A stretch of 63,988 bases of DNA, the filler included, from Porpidia crustulata (Eukaryota), in NCBI GenBank assembly GCA_964255105.1. It is 6 parts of 6 records of this genome, joined end to end, with 100 filler letters (N's around TTAATTAATTAA, not from the genome) between each part and the next. Parts side by side here need not be neighbours in the genome. Positions count along the whole stretch, not along the records: positions 10,873 to 21,628 come from CAXUWE010000731.1; positions 21,729 to 32,482 come from CAXUWE010000732.1; 4 more parts are not named here. The stretch is one strand, 5' to 3'. Under the pieces are notes generated by a model. The model ran no database searches. It had not been told where the DNA came from and saw only the letters and a list, made by a program, of their open reading frames with translations. Both the position numbers and the translations under genes were made by a program. Below are positions 13,748 through 24,422 of this stretch, piece by piece; position 1 is the first letter of the stretch, and each line of letters starts with the position of its first letter.

Positions 13748-15153
13748 ATGGATGCCTTTACGCCGCAACAGACGGTAGAATTAGTGTCCAGAATTGGGAG
13801 CAAGAAAGCTCACATGAGGCTTGACAAACTTTTCTTCAACTCTTTCATGTCTGGCCCACTACTTGGCTTTGGGTAAGATGATCGTTCATCGAAACTGCGA
13901 GTCGTGCGGTCCAAAGCACAAAGACTGATTCATTCGCGGGAACAGTTGCGCCATAGCTCTTGTGACAGAGACCGCGCCTTGGTTCCAGACCAACGCTCCG
14001 GGCCTGATAAGGACAATTGGGGCACTATTTTTCCCAATTGGACTTGTGATGATTGTGCTTGTATGATTGCCTTTCTCATTCGAATATCCAGCCGACAGCT
14101 GACAGGTCCAAGAGCGGCGCCGATCTGTTTACAAGCAACATCATGGTAGACGTCGCGAATACTCAATGGAAGTCCGTGGCTGATTTGTTCAGTTCATGAC
14201 GACGGCCTTACTTCATCGCCGGATCAGCGTATTCGATATCTTCACTAATTGGATCATATCATTCCTCGGCAATCTCGCCGGTATGCTGTCCTTCGTGGGC
14301 ATACTCGCAGGGTGTAGGTCAAAATTGAAGCAAGGAAAATGAGGTACTGGCTAAACAGACTGTCTAGATGGCGGCATCTTCGACATGCCAGCTTACAGAA
14401 CCGAAACTATAAACTTTGCAAAAATGAAGATTATTGACCCTCAATGGCACCAAATCTTTCTTCGTGGAATTGGAGGTATGACTTGAGCAAGCAACCTGTT
14501 GAAAGGAATAATCCCTGACATGTGCTCTCAACGCAGCAAACTGGCTTGTCTGTTTCGCAGGTAAGTGATTTTGTCCACTTAGGCCTAATTGAAAGCTCAT
14601 CAATTTGGCGTCAGTGTTCATCTCCATATCATCACGAGAAGTGGTTTCGAAGATCATCGCCATATGGCTGCCCACGATGACTTTTGTTGCTCTTGGCCTC
14701 GATCATGTCATTGCCAACATGTTTTTCATTCCAATTGCCATTTGGAACGACGCCCCCGGGATCACAGTCGGTCTGTACATTTGGAAGTCCATGATTCCCT
14801 CGGTAATTGGAAATATTGTTGGTGGTGGAGTATTTGTCGCTGCGGTGTACTGGTATCTGTATTTAACCGGCGAGGGTAGTGTTGACGTGGACTTCAACCT
14901 TGGGAGCCTGAACAGCGCAATGGAGGCAGGAGGCCCAATGGGCCACATGACCTCGAGCCATCCGCATTTCATGAACAACGTTGAGCGAAATAGCCAAGTC
15001 ATTCATGGGAAGGATCCAGGAAACCCCAATAACCCTAGTCCATTGCCCAATTCGAGCGGGCACATGGTTAGTGGCATTGGTCGAGAATTGAGCGCGGACA
15101 TTTATGCCAAGCGGAAAGGTGAAGCGGACGAAGAGAAAAACGCGGACGTATAA
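13748..15153 (+). CDS. Formate/nitrite transporter (FNT family), 7 exons
   Basis: Spliced reading gives MDAFTPQQT..., FFPIGLVMIVL|SGADLFTSNIM, SFLGNLAG, FLRGIG|ANWLVCFA, FVALGLDHVIANMFFIP, IGNIVGGG, which are FNT signature motifs. Six GT-AG introns, the first at 13873-13945. Confidence 0.93.
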
Positions 15154-15297
15154 GAGAAAGTCTGCATGCTTAGCTTGCACCTGTGGATAGGTGATTGGTG
15201 GATTTGGGGGGGGGGGGGGGAGGTTGGGGGGGCGAGGGGGTGGATAATAGATGGGCGGCTGGTCGGGGTGCGGGATGGGGGAATTGTGTCGGGTGTG

Positions 15298-15307
15298 NNN
15301 NNNNNNN
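15298..15307. other. 10-N scaffold gap flanked by low-quality G-rich/C-rich sequence
   Basis: N10 with G runs at about 15205-15297 and C/G runs at about 15308-15372. Confidence 0.85.
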
Positions 15308-17544
15308 CCCAACCCCGCCCCCCCAGCCCCCCCCCGCGGCACCCGCCCCGGGGCCGCGGGGGCGGGGGGCCCAAGATTCGGTGGCGATGCTGTAGATAAT
15401 AGATAGGCGGCATCTCAGCGTTCTGGATGGAGGAAATGTGTAGGTACTGGGTATGTACCTTGTCTGGGCTGGCTGAAGCACGCCCCGGGAGAAATTGACG
15501 ATGAATAATCAACGCTTGTGCAGCGGATTGGCCTGCAACGGAGGAATCTCCAGGCATGACTGCTGCAAGTGGGGGGCACGAGGCAGGTCACAGCATCTAT
15601 GCATGTCATCCACGCGCAGATTGTCCACCTATGATTGAGGTAGTAAATATGTGCAGCAGCGCAGGAAGAAGGATTGACGCACAGGATCCGATCTCGACGA
15701 CCCCTGGATGAGTTATTGCCCGAGATTGTAGCGCTTGGTAGGTGGCGAGGAGTGCCTTCACGTATCACCTTACCTTATGGGATTGGCACAAACAACAAGA
15801 AGGACCAGTGCCGTGCATCTTGGACCACATTGCGCAGCGACCAATCGAATGCAATTGGCTCTCTTTGTTATCGGCGATGAAGGCATGTCAGAAACTATGC
15901 ACGGAAGACGACGGGATTATAACTGGGTTGTTTTGAGTCCGTCCTGGATCATCCCGCTGAGTCATCATAAAATGACAGCCACAAAGACGGTGGTCTGAGC
16001 CGGGCGATGACGAGGATTCAGGGGTCTGAGCAACTGGGCGTTTCCTTCCCGGCTTTGCTGGGCACTTAAATATGGGGTAGCCTCTAGGGTACCAATTCAC
16101 CGGAATTCATTGAAGATCGCAGACTAGGGCATGCATATCGCACTCGATTCGAAGGAACACACGACGACAGTCGCGAAGTCTTCAATGTTCTTTATGACAA
16201 CGGATATCACGAGAGGGGTAGAGTAGAAGTAGGTCCGGCAGCTGCGTGATGGAGCATGATCGGTGAAGGGAGGGTCGGGGGGTTCGAGCAGCAATCAACA
16301 GGGCTGTCTATGCGCGATGTTAGTGGACGGCCAGCCTCGTGCCCCGGGTGCACCGCAGCTGTGACTCGCTGAGAACAAGGGCTGGGAGGAGGGCCAAGCG
16401 ACGGCGGTCAGCGGTACTATTGGACAAGAGACATGGTGTGGAGATGGAATGGGAGAGGTGCTTTATCTTACCATCTTAGCATCCTTTGCGAACCGATTCC
16501 GGCTTGGAAGCAGGATTCCTCGTGCGAGTACGAAGCCCAACCTGACGAAAATAGGCACAGAAAGTCTCCTGGATGTGGTAATCGCATCCGCTGTCTTGGA
16601 GTTGATGCTTCCTGATTGTCCCGTCTTGCAGTCTATTGGCACAATACAGTCAGCCATACGGAACTCTTTGTTGGCATTGACTATCAGCTGAGCAGGCAAG
16701 AGAAGCGTGTACATGCAATAGATACCTCAAGACCAGATAGGGATGATACTTTTCTTTTGTCGAGGAACGGTAAGTTACCGACCTAGTAGTGAGAGCGGTT
16801 GCTACGGCCAGCCTTGAAGGCCGAACCTGACGCTTGTGCGAGCGTGAGAGGCCTCGTTAGAAAGCTAGAAACTCAAGTAGTAGAAAAGTTGGATGTTCCA
16901 GCCGCAGAGATCCTGGGTATCCTTGCCTTGAATGGAAAACTTTCGTGGTACCGCTCGCCGCCAATTTCGCATGATTACAGTCAGATGAAAATTAATAAAA
17001 TAAAATCAAAAAGGACCGTCATATTCCCCAACCTGATCCCCATCCCACATTCCTTTTCCTGTCCAACCCAATCTACATTCACCTGCCTGCTACTACACAC
17101 TGCATACCTGCATGACACAATCCAAAGCTCACTTCTCACAAAATTGAGCGGTAAATGCCTGAAACGACTCTCCCCATCATCTACTTGTGTAACGGATCTT
17201 CCGCCTTGCGCGCTTGAATCGCAGTCAGGTCCGCCATTGGCTCATCGATCGTGGAGCATTTGGGCGCAGCAAATCCTCTGAAACATTACGGAATCCAATA
17301 TACTCAGTTCTACACGTTTCCCTCGGTGTTGTGGCCGTTATTCACAACTGCCACTTGTCACCCAGGTATCTGGACCTGTGCCCGCTTGCCCTCCGGTAGG
17401 TGACAAGATGGAGCCAATGAAACATCAATTTGACTAGAAGTCCCATTGCAAGAATACAAACGCAAACATTGCTTCGAAACACATCGTGTGTCTGCTAGGG
17501 ACAGCTCGAAGCGACCCACTGAATAGCAGCATCACCTACTCAGC

Positions 17545-20500
17545 ATGAGTCCTATTTCGATGACATCCGCCGCCATGGCCAATGGTGAGCCTAAGAGATG
17601 CTGGCAGTCTCCCACGCTATTTGCTCAAGCTTCCCCCAAACATCAAGCCGTCACCTCGGTACCAATGACCGTCACACCTGCATCGGCTGTTACACCAAGC
17701 GGGCCCTCAACGTCAACAACGACAAACACCTCGATGCAATCGTCACCCGAGGGTCCACGGGGTCGAAATCCACCTTATTCAAGCCCTCCCACCCCGTTGC
17801 ATTTACCCGAACCCACCTTCATCATACCGCCATCCCCCGCCCAAAGCGCCATGTCTGAAGCTATCTCCTTCAACAAAGGGCCGAGTCTGATGCGGAGGCT
17901 GTCCCGGGGAGCTGCCAACAAAACGAACAAAGTGATGCGTCGCCGTCCCTCTTCGAACCATGTAAGCAATCGGGAACGAAGTTCTGGTCCGGTCATTCGG
18001 CGCAGAAGTGAGAGCAAGAGCAGCGCAGATGCGGACATAGGAGCTGTGGAATCAAGCATCGGTGACTACGAGGAAGAAGACGACACATTTCAAGATCTCC
18101 AGAGGATCAATGGGTTAGGACTTGTCGGCGATGGGATTACCACCGAAATTGGAGGACCAGTCGCAGGCGAGTCGCGCACTCAGGGTGGTATAGCTCCAAT
18201 AGTTCCTGCCGAACTCCGACGGGGATTGATTCTCAATAAGGTGACCAAGAAGAAGAACAAGTTCCTCACCTTCACTCTTGACACGGACTCTGGGAAGGTT
18301 TCTTGGCATCCATCCGACGTATCGAAAAGGTTCTATATCGACGACATCCAGAAAATTCGGCTGCAAAGTGAGGCGAGGCATTACCGAGAGGAATACCAGG
18401 TCGCCGCGGAATTGGAGCCATTTTGGTTTACCATCATTTACGCCGACCAAGATAGAGCGAAAGGGAGGCCGTCAAAATCCATACATCTCATAGCCCCCAA
18501 TCAGCGTGAATTCGAGCTATGGACATCGACCTTGAACGACCTCTCAAAGTATCGTCATGACCTCATGGTGGGATTGGTGGGATCTGGACAGGACGAGGAA
18601 ATACTGAGAGGTCATTGGAAAAGGGAAATGACGAAGATCTATGGCGAAACGCGTCGGGAGGATGAAGAGCGCCTGGACTTTGGAGGGGTGAAGAGCTTGT
18701 GCACCAGCTTGCATATACACGCCTCTGAGAACCTGATTCGTGCGCAATTCAACAAGGCAGATTCCACCGGTACCGCAAAGCTTAGCTTCCACGACTTCCA
18801 AGACTTTGTGCGGAGGCTGAAGCGGCGCATGGATGTCAAGGACATTTACTATAAGACTATTGCGGACAAGGCGGATGGGCTTGACCTCCAACAGTTTCTC
18901 AGTTTTCTACAAAATACACAGCGCATCGATGTCGAGTCCAACCGGTCAAAATGGGTCAAAGTCTTCACTCAATTCGTATGCAAAGCAGAGCCTAAATGTA
19001 TCGCCATCTCTCCGATTATGCAAAATGGGTCGGAAAGGCCGTTGACGCGCATGAAATTCGAGGCTTTCTCTTCGTTCTTGTGTTCCGAATACAACAAGAT
19101 ACAGACTGCCAAAGCTTCTGAATTCAGGTTCGAGCGACCTTTGAACGAGTATTTCATATCAAGCTCACACAACACTTATCTTCTCGGACGACAGGTTGCA
19201 GGAAGTTCTAGTACGGAAGCGTACATCAGAGCTTTGCAGCAAGCCTGCCGCTGCGTCGAAATCGATTGTTGGGACGGGCCTGATGGCCGCCCAGTGGTGA
19301 TGCATGGCCGGACATTGACGACGAGCGTGCCATTTCAAGACTGCATTTCCGTCATCCAAAAGTACGCCTTCGTAGCATCGCATTACCCATTGATCTTGTC
19401 CCTCGAAGTTCATTGCAACGCTGAGCAGCAACAAATTATGGTGGACATCATGGTCAAGGAATTTGCGGAACGACTTATCCGGGAACCTTATATGACCAAC
19501 ATCTTCACATTGCCATCACCGGAAGATCTTAAATATAAGATCCTTGCCAAAGTCAAAGCTGGCATAAACCCAAATCCTAGCAAAGAAACATCCAAGGGAC
19601 TACGCCAGCGCAGCTTCAGCTCTCCATTTTCTCGACCGCAGGTGTTGGATAATTCGATGGTACCACAAGTACCCCTATTGTCAAGTCCTCCATCGATGAG
19701 CATCGTGGAGGGGTCTGCAACATGGGCGACCACCCGAGGTTCCATGACCACAGTGAGCCTTAGTAGCGCCACCGACGACAGCGATGTTGCTCCAGGCGGA
19801 AATGCTCGTGCCAAGAGACAGCCAAGGAAGCCAAAAAGTAAAATCATCAAATCCTTAGGTGATCTCGGGGTGTATACGCGTGGGTTGAAGTACCGTGATT
19901 TTACCTTGCCTGAGAGCAAAGCATACAATCATGTCTTCTCATTAGCCGAAGGCAAATTTGAGGATCTGTGTCGAAATGAAGAGAAGAAGGAGCAGCTCGA
20001 GAAGCATAATATGCGATGTTTGATGAGGGTATATCCCTCAGGTATCAGAATGAAATCTACGAACTTTGATCCTTTGGCTTTTTGGCGACGAGGCGCGCAG
20101 ATGGTGGCGCTCAACTGGCAAACATACGACCTGGGAATGCAAATGAACCAAGCCATGTTCGCGTCCGGGTCTGACAAATATGGCTATGTACTCAAGCCAC
20201 AAGAATTACGTCAGACACGTTCAGTAGAAGAACACACTTGGGAGGATACTATACCAAGAGTCAACAAAGTCCGGAAGAAGCTGATACGATTCGCGGTTGA
20301 TCTGATATCTGCACAGCAGTTGCCTTTGCCACGAGGTGCAAGACCCGAAGAGACCCTCGACCCATATGTTGAAATTGAGATGTTCTGTGCCGAAGATAAG
20401 GCTGCAGGTGTCGCTTCTGGAGAGGGCGGGCAAGATGCTTCCGCAAGCAAAGGAATGTCCGGTATTGGATCACCTCATAAGAGGAGAAGCACCGTCAAGC

Positions 20501-20991
20501 AAAGCAACGGCTACAACCCGATCTTCAACGACAATTTCCGGCTTTCGTTGGAGACAAAGTATCCTAGTTTGGTCTTTGTCAGATGGACCGTATGGAACTC
20601 ACAAGACGGTCACAATTACAACGGAAAGGATAGCACTGACCCATTGGCCACTTTCACAGCCAAGCTCAGCAGTCTCGAACAAGGCTACCGTCATCTCCCC
20701 CTCTACGACCACAACGGCGAACAATTCCTCTTCGCCACCCTCTTCTGCCGCATAGAAAAAGAAGATCCTGTCAATATCGAGCGCGACGACCCCGTCGCCA
20801 CCGAAAAAGTAGGTCTCTTCGGACGCTTCGGCCAGTCNNNNNNNNNNCTCCACGGCAAAGCCTCTCGAGACAAGATGAGCAGGAAATCGTCGACCGACGG
20901 CAAACCTCCTCCCCCCGACCCCACCCGCAAGACCTCTTCCGAAGTCAATGGCAAGATCACCGCCAACGGCAAACTCACGAACGGCGCTTAA
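17545..20991 (+). CDS. PLC1: Phosphoinositide-specific phospholipase C (PH, EF-hand, X, Y and C2 domains)
   Basis: X-box PLNEYFISSSHNTYL, CRCVEIDCWDG, YPLILSLEVHC. Y-box MRVYPSGIRMKSTNFDP..QMVALNWQT. C2 domain DPYVEIE..NGYNPIFN..GYRHLPL. The C-terminus crosses a 10-N gap (20838-20847), so its frame is unverified. Confidence 0.95.
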   Translation: MSPISMTSAAMANGEPKRCWQSPTLFAQASPKHQAVTSVPMTVTPASAVTPSGPSTSTTTNTSMQSSPEGPRGRNPPYSSPPTPLHLPEPTFIIPPSPAQSAMSEAISFNKGPSLMRRLSRGAANKTNKVMRRRPSSNHVSNRERSSGPVIRRRSESKSSADADIGAVESSIGDYEEEDDTFQDLQRINGLGLVGDGITTEIGGPVAGESRTQGGIAPIVPAELRRGLILNKVTKKKNKFLTFTLDTDSGKVSWHPSDVSKRFYIDDIQKIRLQSEARHYREEYQVAAELEPFWFTIIYADQDRAKGRPSKSIHLIAPNQREFELWTSTLNDLSKYRHDLMVGLVGSGQDEEILRGHWKREMTKIYGETRREDEERLDFGGVKSLCTSLHIHASENLIRAQFNKADSTGTAKLSFHDFQDFVRRLKRRMDVKDIYYKTIADKADGLDLQQFLSFLQNTQRIDVESNRSKWVKVFTQFVCKAEPKCIAISPIMQNGSERPLTRMKFEAFSSFLCSEYNKIQTAKASEFRFERPLNEYFISSSHNTYLLGRQVAGSSSTEAYIRALQQACRCVEIDCWDGPDGRPVVMHGRTLTTSVPFQDCISVIQKYAFVASHYPLILSLEVHCNAEQQQIMVDIMVKEFAERLIREPYMTNIFTLPSPEDLKYKILAKVKAGINPNPSKETSKGLRQRSFSSPFSRPQVLDNSMVPQVPLLSSPPSMSIVEGSATWATTRGSMTTVSLSSATDDSDVAPGGNARAKRQPRKPKSKIIKSLGDLGVYTRGLKYRDFTLPESKAYNHVFSLAEGKFEDLCRNEEKKEQLEKHNMRCLMRVYPSGIRMKSTNFDPLAFWRRGAQMVALNWQTYDLGMQMNQAMFASGSDKYGYVLKPQELRQTRSVEEHTWEDTIPRVNKVRKKLIRFAVDLISAQQLPLPRGARPEETLDPYVEIEMFCAEDKAAGVASGEGGQDASASKGMSGIGSPHKRRSTVKQSNGYNPIFNDNFRLSLETKYPSLVFVRWTVWNSQDGHNYNGKDSTDPLATFTAKLSSLEQGYRHLPLYDHNGEQFLFATLFCRIEKEDPVNIERDDPVATEKVGLFGRFGQXXXXLHGKASRDKMSRKSSTDGKPPPPDPTRKTSSEVNGKITANGKLTNGA

Positions 20992-21555
20992 ACGAAGCGC
21001 ATTTACGAACTCTCACAGCGTGCATATACCATTTCCCGGAGTTTTTCTTTCCATTCACAGGAACACGATCAGAGCAAATTTGGAGAAAGCGTCATAGTAC
21101 ATATACCCCCCCAAACCCGAAACGGCTCGTCCCTCGCCCCACGAGGCACACCAGCCCTTTTTTTGCGCATTTGAACCGGAGCGGAACCATTCGTTTTTTT
21201 CTGTTATATTTTTCGGTGTATTACAGAGCATTTACATTTATAGCTACCTGTCGTTCTAGAAACCCCCCTTACCTCCCACCCCAAGATACCTAGTCACTCT
21301 CATGCCGGTCTGCGAGTCCTTCGTTTCACCCCCGCTTTTCTTTCACAGTTTTTCCAACACGCGTTTCGGAATTTCTCACGGTCAACGGCGCTGATGGGAG
21401 CATACTTGAAACCAAGGGAGTCGCAGGAGCGCCAGTGCGGTCGACTGCGGGGGATCAACTTTTCGGGCGGCGGTAGGGAAAGGGTTGTATGTATGTATGT
21501 ATTATGAAGGATTACGGAGGCGATATTCGGGGAATTTTATTGATATTATGCAATG

Positions 21556-21628
21556 CTCTTACTCACTCTCTCTCTTCCACACTCTCTCTCTTTGACACTC
21601 TCTCTCTTTCACACCCTCTCTCTTTCAC
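21556..21628. repeat. Imperfect (CT)n microsatellite at contig end
   Basis: ctctctct/cactctct units run into the linker. Confidence 0.75.
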
Positions 21629-21728
21629 NNNNNNNNNNNNNNNNNNNNNNNNNNNNNNNNNNNNNNNNNNNNTTAATTAATTAANNNNNNNNNNNNNNNN
21701 NNNNNNNNNNNNNNNNNNNNNNNNNNNN
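21629..21728. other. Artificial contig linker
   Basis: N44-TTAATTAATTAA-N44. Confidence 0.98.
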
Positions 21729-22293
21729 TTGTCTAAGCTATTCCCAGACCTGCAAGTCTAGTAGCTATAGGAGTTCGTTACTCCTTTGCATCTCTGTCTA
21801 TATCTTGTGTTGTTATTAGAACAACCGTTACACCCGTCACGAGAAACCTCTTTAAATTCATTATACAAAAAGCTTTGTTAAAGAAATAATTAATCAATTT
21901 CTCGATAGATTACGTGTTGTGACTTGTTATAATCGTTGTTTTAATAAATTTGAATCAGATTTGTTTGTGAATTTAATGAAGATCTTCGAGGCGGGTGGAA
22001 CCTCTGTACTATCATTTTTTTCTTCACCCGCGTGCCTAGGTAGATATCGGTCGCTATCCCGCCACCTTCCCTTTTTAGATTAATACCATTAAATCGAAAA
22101 TCGTATTTCACGCGCCAAAAATAAGCAGCGATAAGACCTCTTAAAGCGGCGCTGAGACCATGGTGAATTGGAACTTACACCTAAACCATTCGCGTCTATC
22201 TCCCGCCACCCATCGTCTCCGGGCCCCAGCGCTTGATACTTGTAGTTCAAGCTCATCTATACTTAAACCCCCATAAAACCCCGTACTCTGTAG

Positions 22294-22951
22294 ATGAGCG
22301 GTAAGAGGTCATTTCTTCATTTCTATACCATGTTTGATATGTGTAAACAATCTGTCTGATCTCACAGTAGCTGGCGCCCAACACGCGGACAGCAAGCCCC
22401 TCCACAAAACCAAAACCAAAACCGGCAACCTATTTCACAACCAACCCAAAATTCTTCGATGGAGCGAGGTTCTAGTGGCCAAGCTTCAAGCCGACAGAGT
22501 CTGGGAGGCCAAGGGTTCACAGCGGTATCAGGCAATGCATGGGTAAACAATGACAAAGGGAGCAGGATTGCCGTTCCTTATGGAGTTTCCCAGGAACCAA
22601 ATATACCCATCGGAAGCTTTAATGCGCAAGAAGTCCGAGATACACTTAGAAGAGGTAGTGCTGCCATTTCATTGAACATAACAGTGGACTGACTTGATGC
22701 CAGCATACAATAGTACATTGCCTGAAGATGCGAAAGTTCTAAAATACAAAGCCGCTGGAGGTCAGGCCAATAACGCGAAGGGTGGTGGACCATGGGGTGT
22801 GAGGCGTTCGTTGACAATTTCAACTAGTAAGGTAGTACTTACACTGACTGAGAAAGCAGCCAACACGATGGGAAATGGCAAGGATTTTTTCATTGAACTG
22901 CGCAAACAAATATTGGCCCTACAACAAGGCGGAGAGCGTGCAGGTGGTTGA
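22294..22951 (+). CDS. Small multi-exon hypothetical protein (5' end uncertain)
   Basis: Splicing joins ...GSFNAQEVRDTLRR|AYNSTLPEDAKVLKYKAAGGQANNAKGGGPWGVR|PNTMGNGKDFFIELRKQILALQQGGERAGG* through two short GT-AG introns. The frame link to the ATG at 22294 is unresolved. Confidence 0.6.
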
Positions 22952-24044
22952 GTGAGTGCGTCCGGGGAACACAGATGTGAAACAGCTGTACATATGCGAA
23001 ACGTTCGAGGCGCATGGGCGATTCTTGTGATACCCAAAGTAAAAAGCCGTTAAACGTTCGGTAGGTAGGTCTTGGCCCGAAGTAGATGGATTAAATATCG
23101 ATCAACTTTAAGCTTACTACAATTTATCCATGTACGGTTTCTGGGGCATTTGCGAGCACCAGGGCAGCAGGACATTATCGATTAATGTTAATATTATATA
23201 GGCCGTGTGACTTTGGTTGATGACATTACGTGGATCCGGTAGGTCTTTCTCACTATGCGACCACTTCGATACTCTGCGATGAAGATTGTATATACAAGCT
23301 ACTTCACAAGCACAGTAGGTATCTCTTAACTTGTCCGTCACAATGAGGTGTTGGTCGACAATTGGCCCTGTAGTTTTGACATTGGACGATCGGACTCCTT
23401 GGCTTTCCAATTAGACTGTTCTGTAGGACGCGTTAAGGGATCTGTCAAGAGCCAAAGGACTTTTTCCGTCTTGACACTGTGTTGGAAGGAACGACAATGT
23501 TTTAGATGAAAAGTCACCTAGGCAGTCTTTGAGATCGTGAGTTAAATGACTTCAATACTAGCAACCTACCAATTAACATTTGAAGACTGAGCATTTGCAC
23601 ATTCACCGACTGGGTTTCGACGACCTGCAACCAACAACGTATGTACGATCTACTAAATGTTCGGCGCTTCCCCGCGAATCTGCAACCCCATTCGTTCGAG
23701 CTTATCCTCACAATTACCCCTCTTTTAGAAAGTCTCTATATAAGACGGACAGTCAAGTACATAAGCGCTGTCGAATATCCTACAGTCTACAGTCTAGCAT
23801 TTCGTGTTTGATCAGTCGCCGTTTCTTTAAACTTACCGGAAGGGTCATCGTGGTATCAGGGCTCCAAACCAACAGCGTTTATCTTCACGATAGCTTTTAT
23901 TGATCATTACTGCCTTCGTCCTTCTGTCCCAAACTTCCAGCATCACGATCACCTTCAGCATCGCAATCATCTTCAACGAAACGATTTATATCGACAACTT
24001 CCCACTACTTCTTCAGCATATATCTTGCTCCTCCAGTGGTCACA

Positions 24045-24422
24045 ATGCTCGCTGCTCGCGCCACCCGACCCAAGCTTGCCCTCTCACTCCCTTCCACGTC
24101 AAGTGGTAGCCTAGCACTCAAGACGTCCCATCCAAGAACACCAATATCACCTTCGCCTATCAGCCCAACGGTCCGCAACACGCGCCTGAACCAACGGGGA
24201 TTCTCGACGTTCCAAACACCAACATTCGCGTATCCCCAATCCACCGACACTAAAAGCATCCTCAAGAAGGGTCGGAGCATGACATCGAATACTGGCAGGA
24301 AGCTACAGTTCAACGAAGAACCCGTGGTGAGGTGCGTTACACCTATTCCAGAGGATTGCCATGGAACGTATGTAAAGATGACGAGAGATGAGCGAAGGTG
24401 GGGGAATGGGGCGAGAGATTAA
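24045..24422 (+). CDS. Small Ser/Pro/Thr-rich hypothetical protein (125 aa) with SILK and RVxF-like motifs
   Basis: Intronless ORF MLAARATRPKLALSLP...SPISPTVRNT...KSILKK...RKLQFNEEP...RDERRW, preceded by a long pyrimidine-rich leader. Confidence 0.7.
   Translation: MLAARATRPKLALSLPSTSSGSLALKTSHPRTPISPSPISPTVRNTRLNQRGFSTFQTPTFAYPQSTDTKSILKKGRSMTSNTGRKLQFNEEPVVRCVTPIPEDCHGTYVKMTRDERRWGNGARD

Noticed and set aside
15205..15372. G-rich and C-rich runs as G-quadruplexes or Gly/Pro-rich ORFs (also about 10756, 10878 and 63955-63988)
   Set aside because: They occur only at gap edges or the window end, which is typical of low-quality or poly-G read tails.
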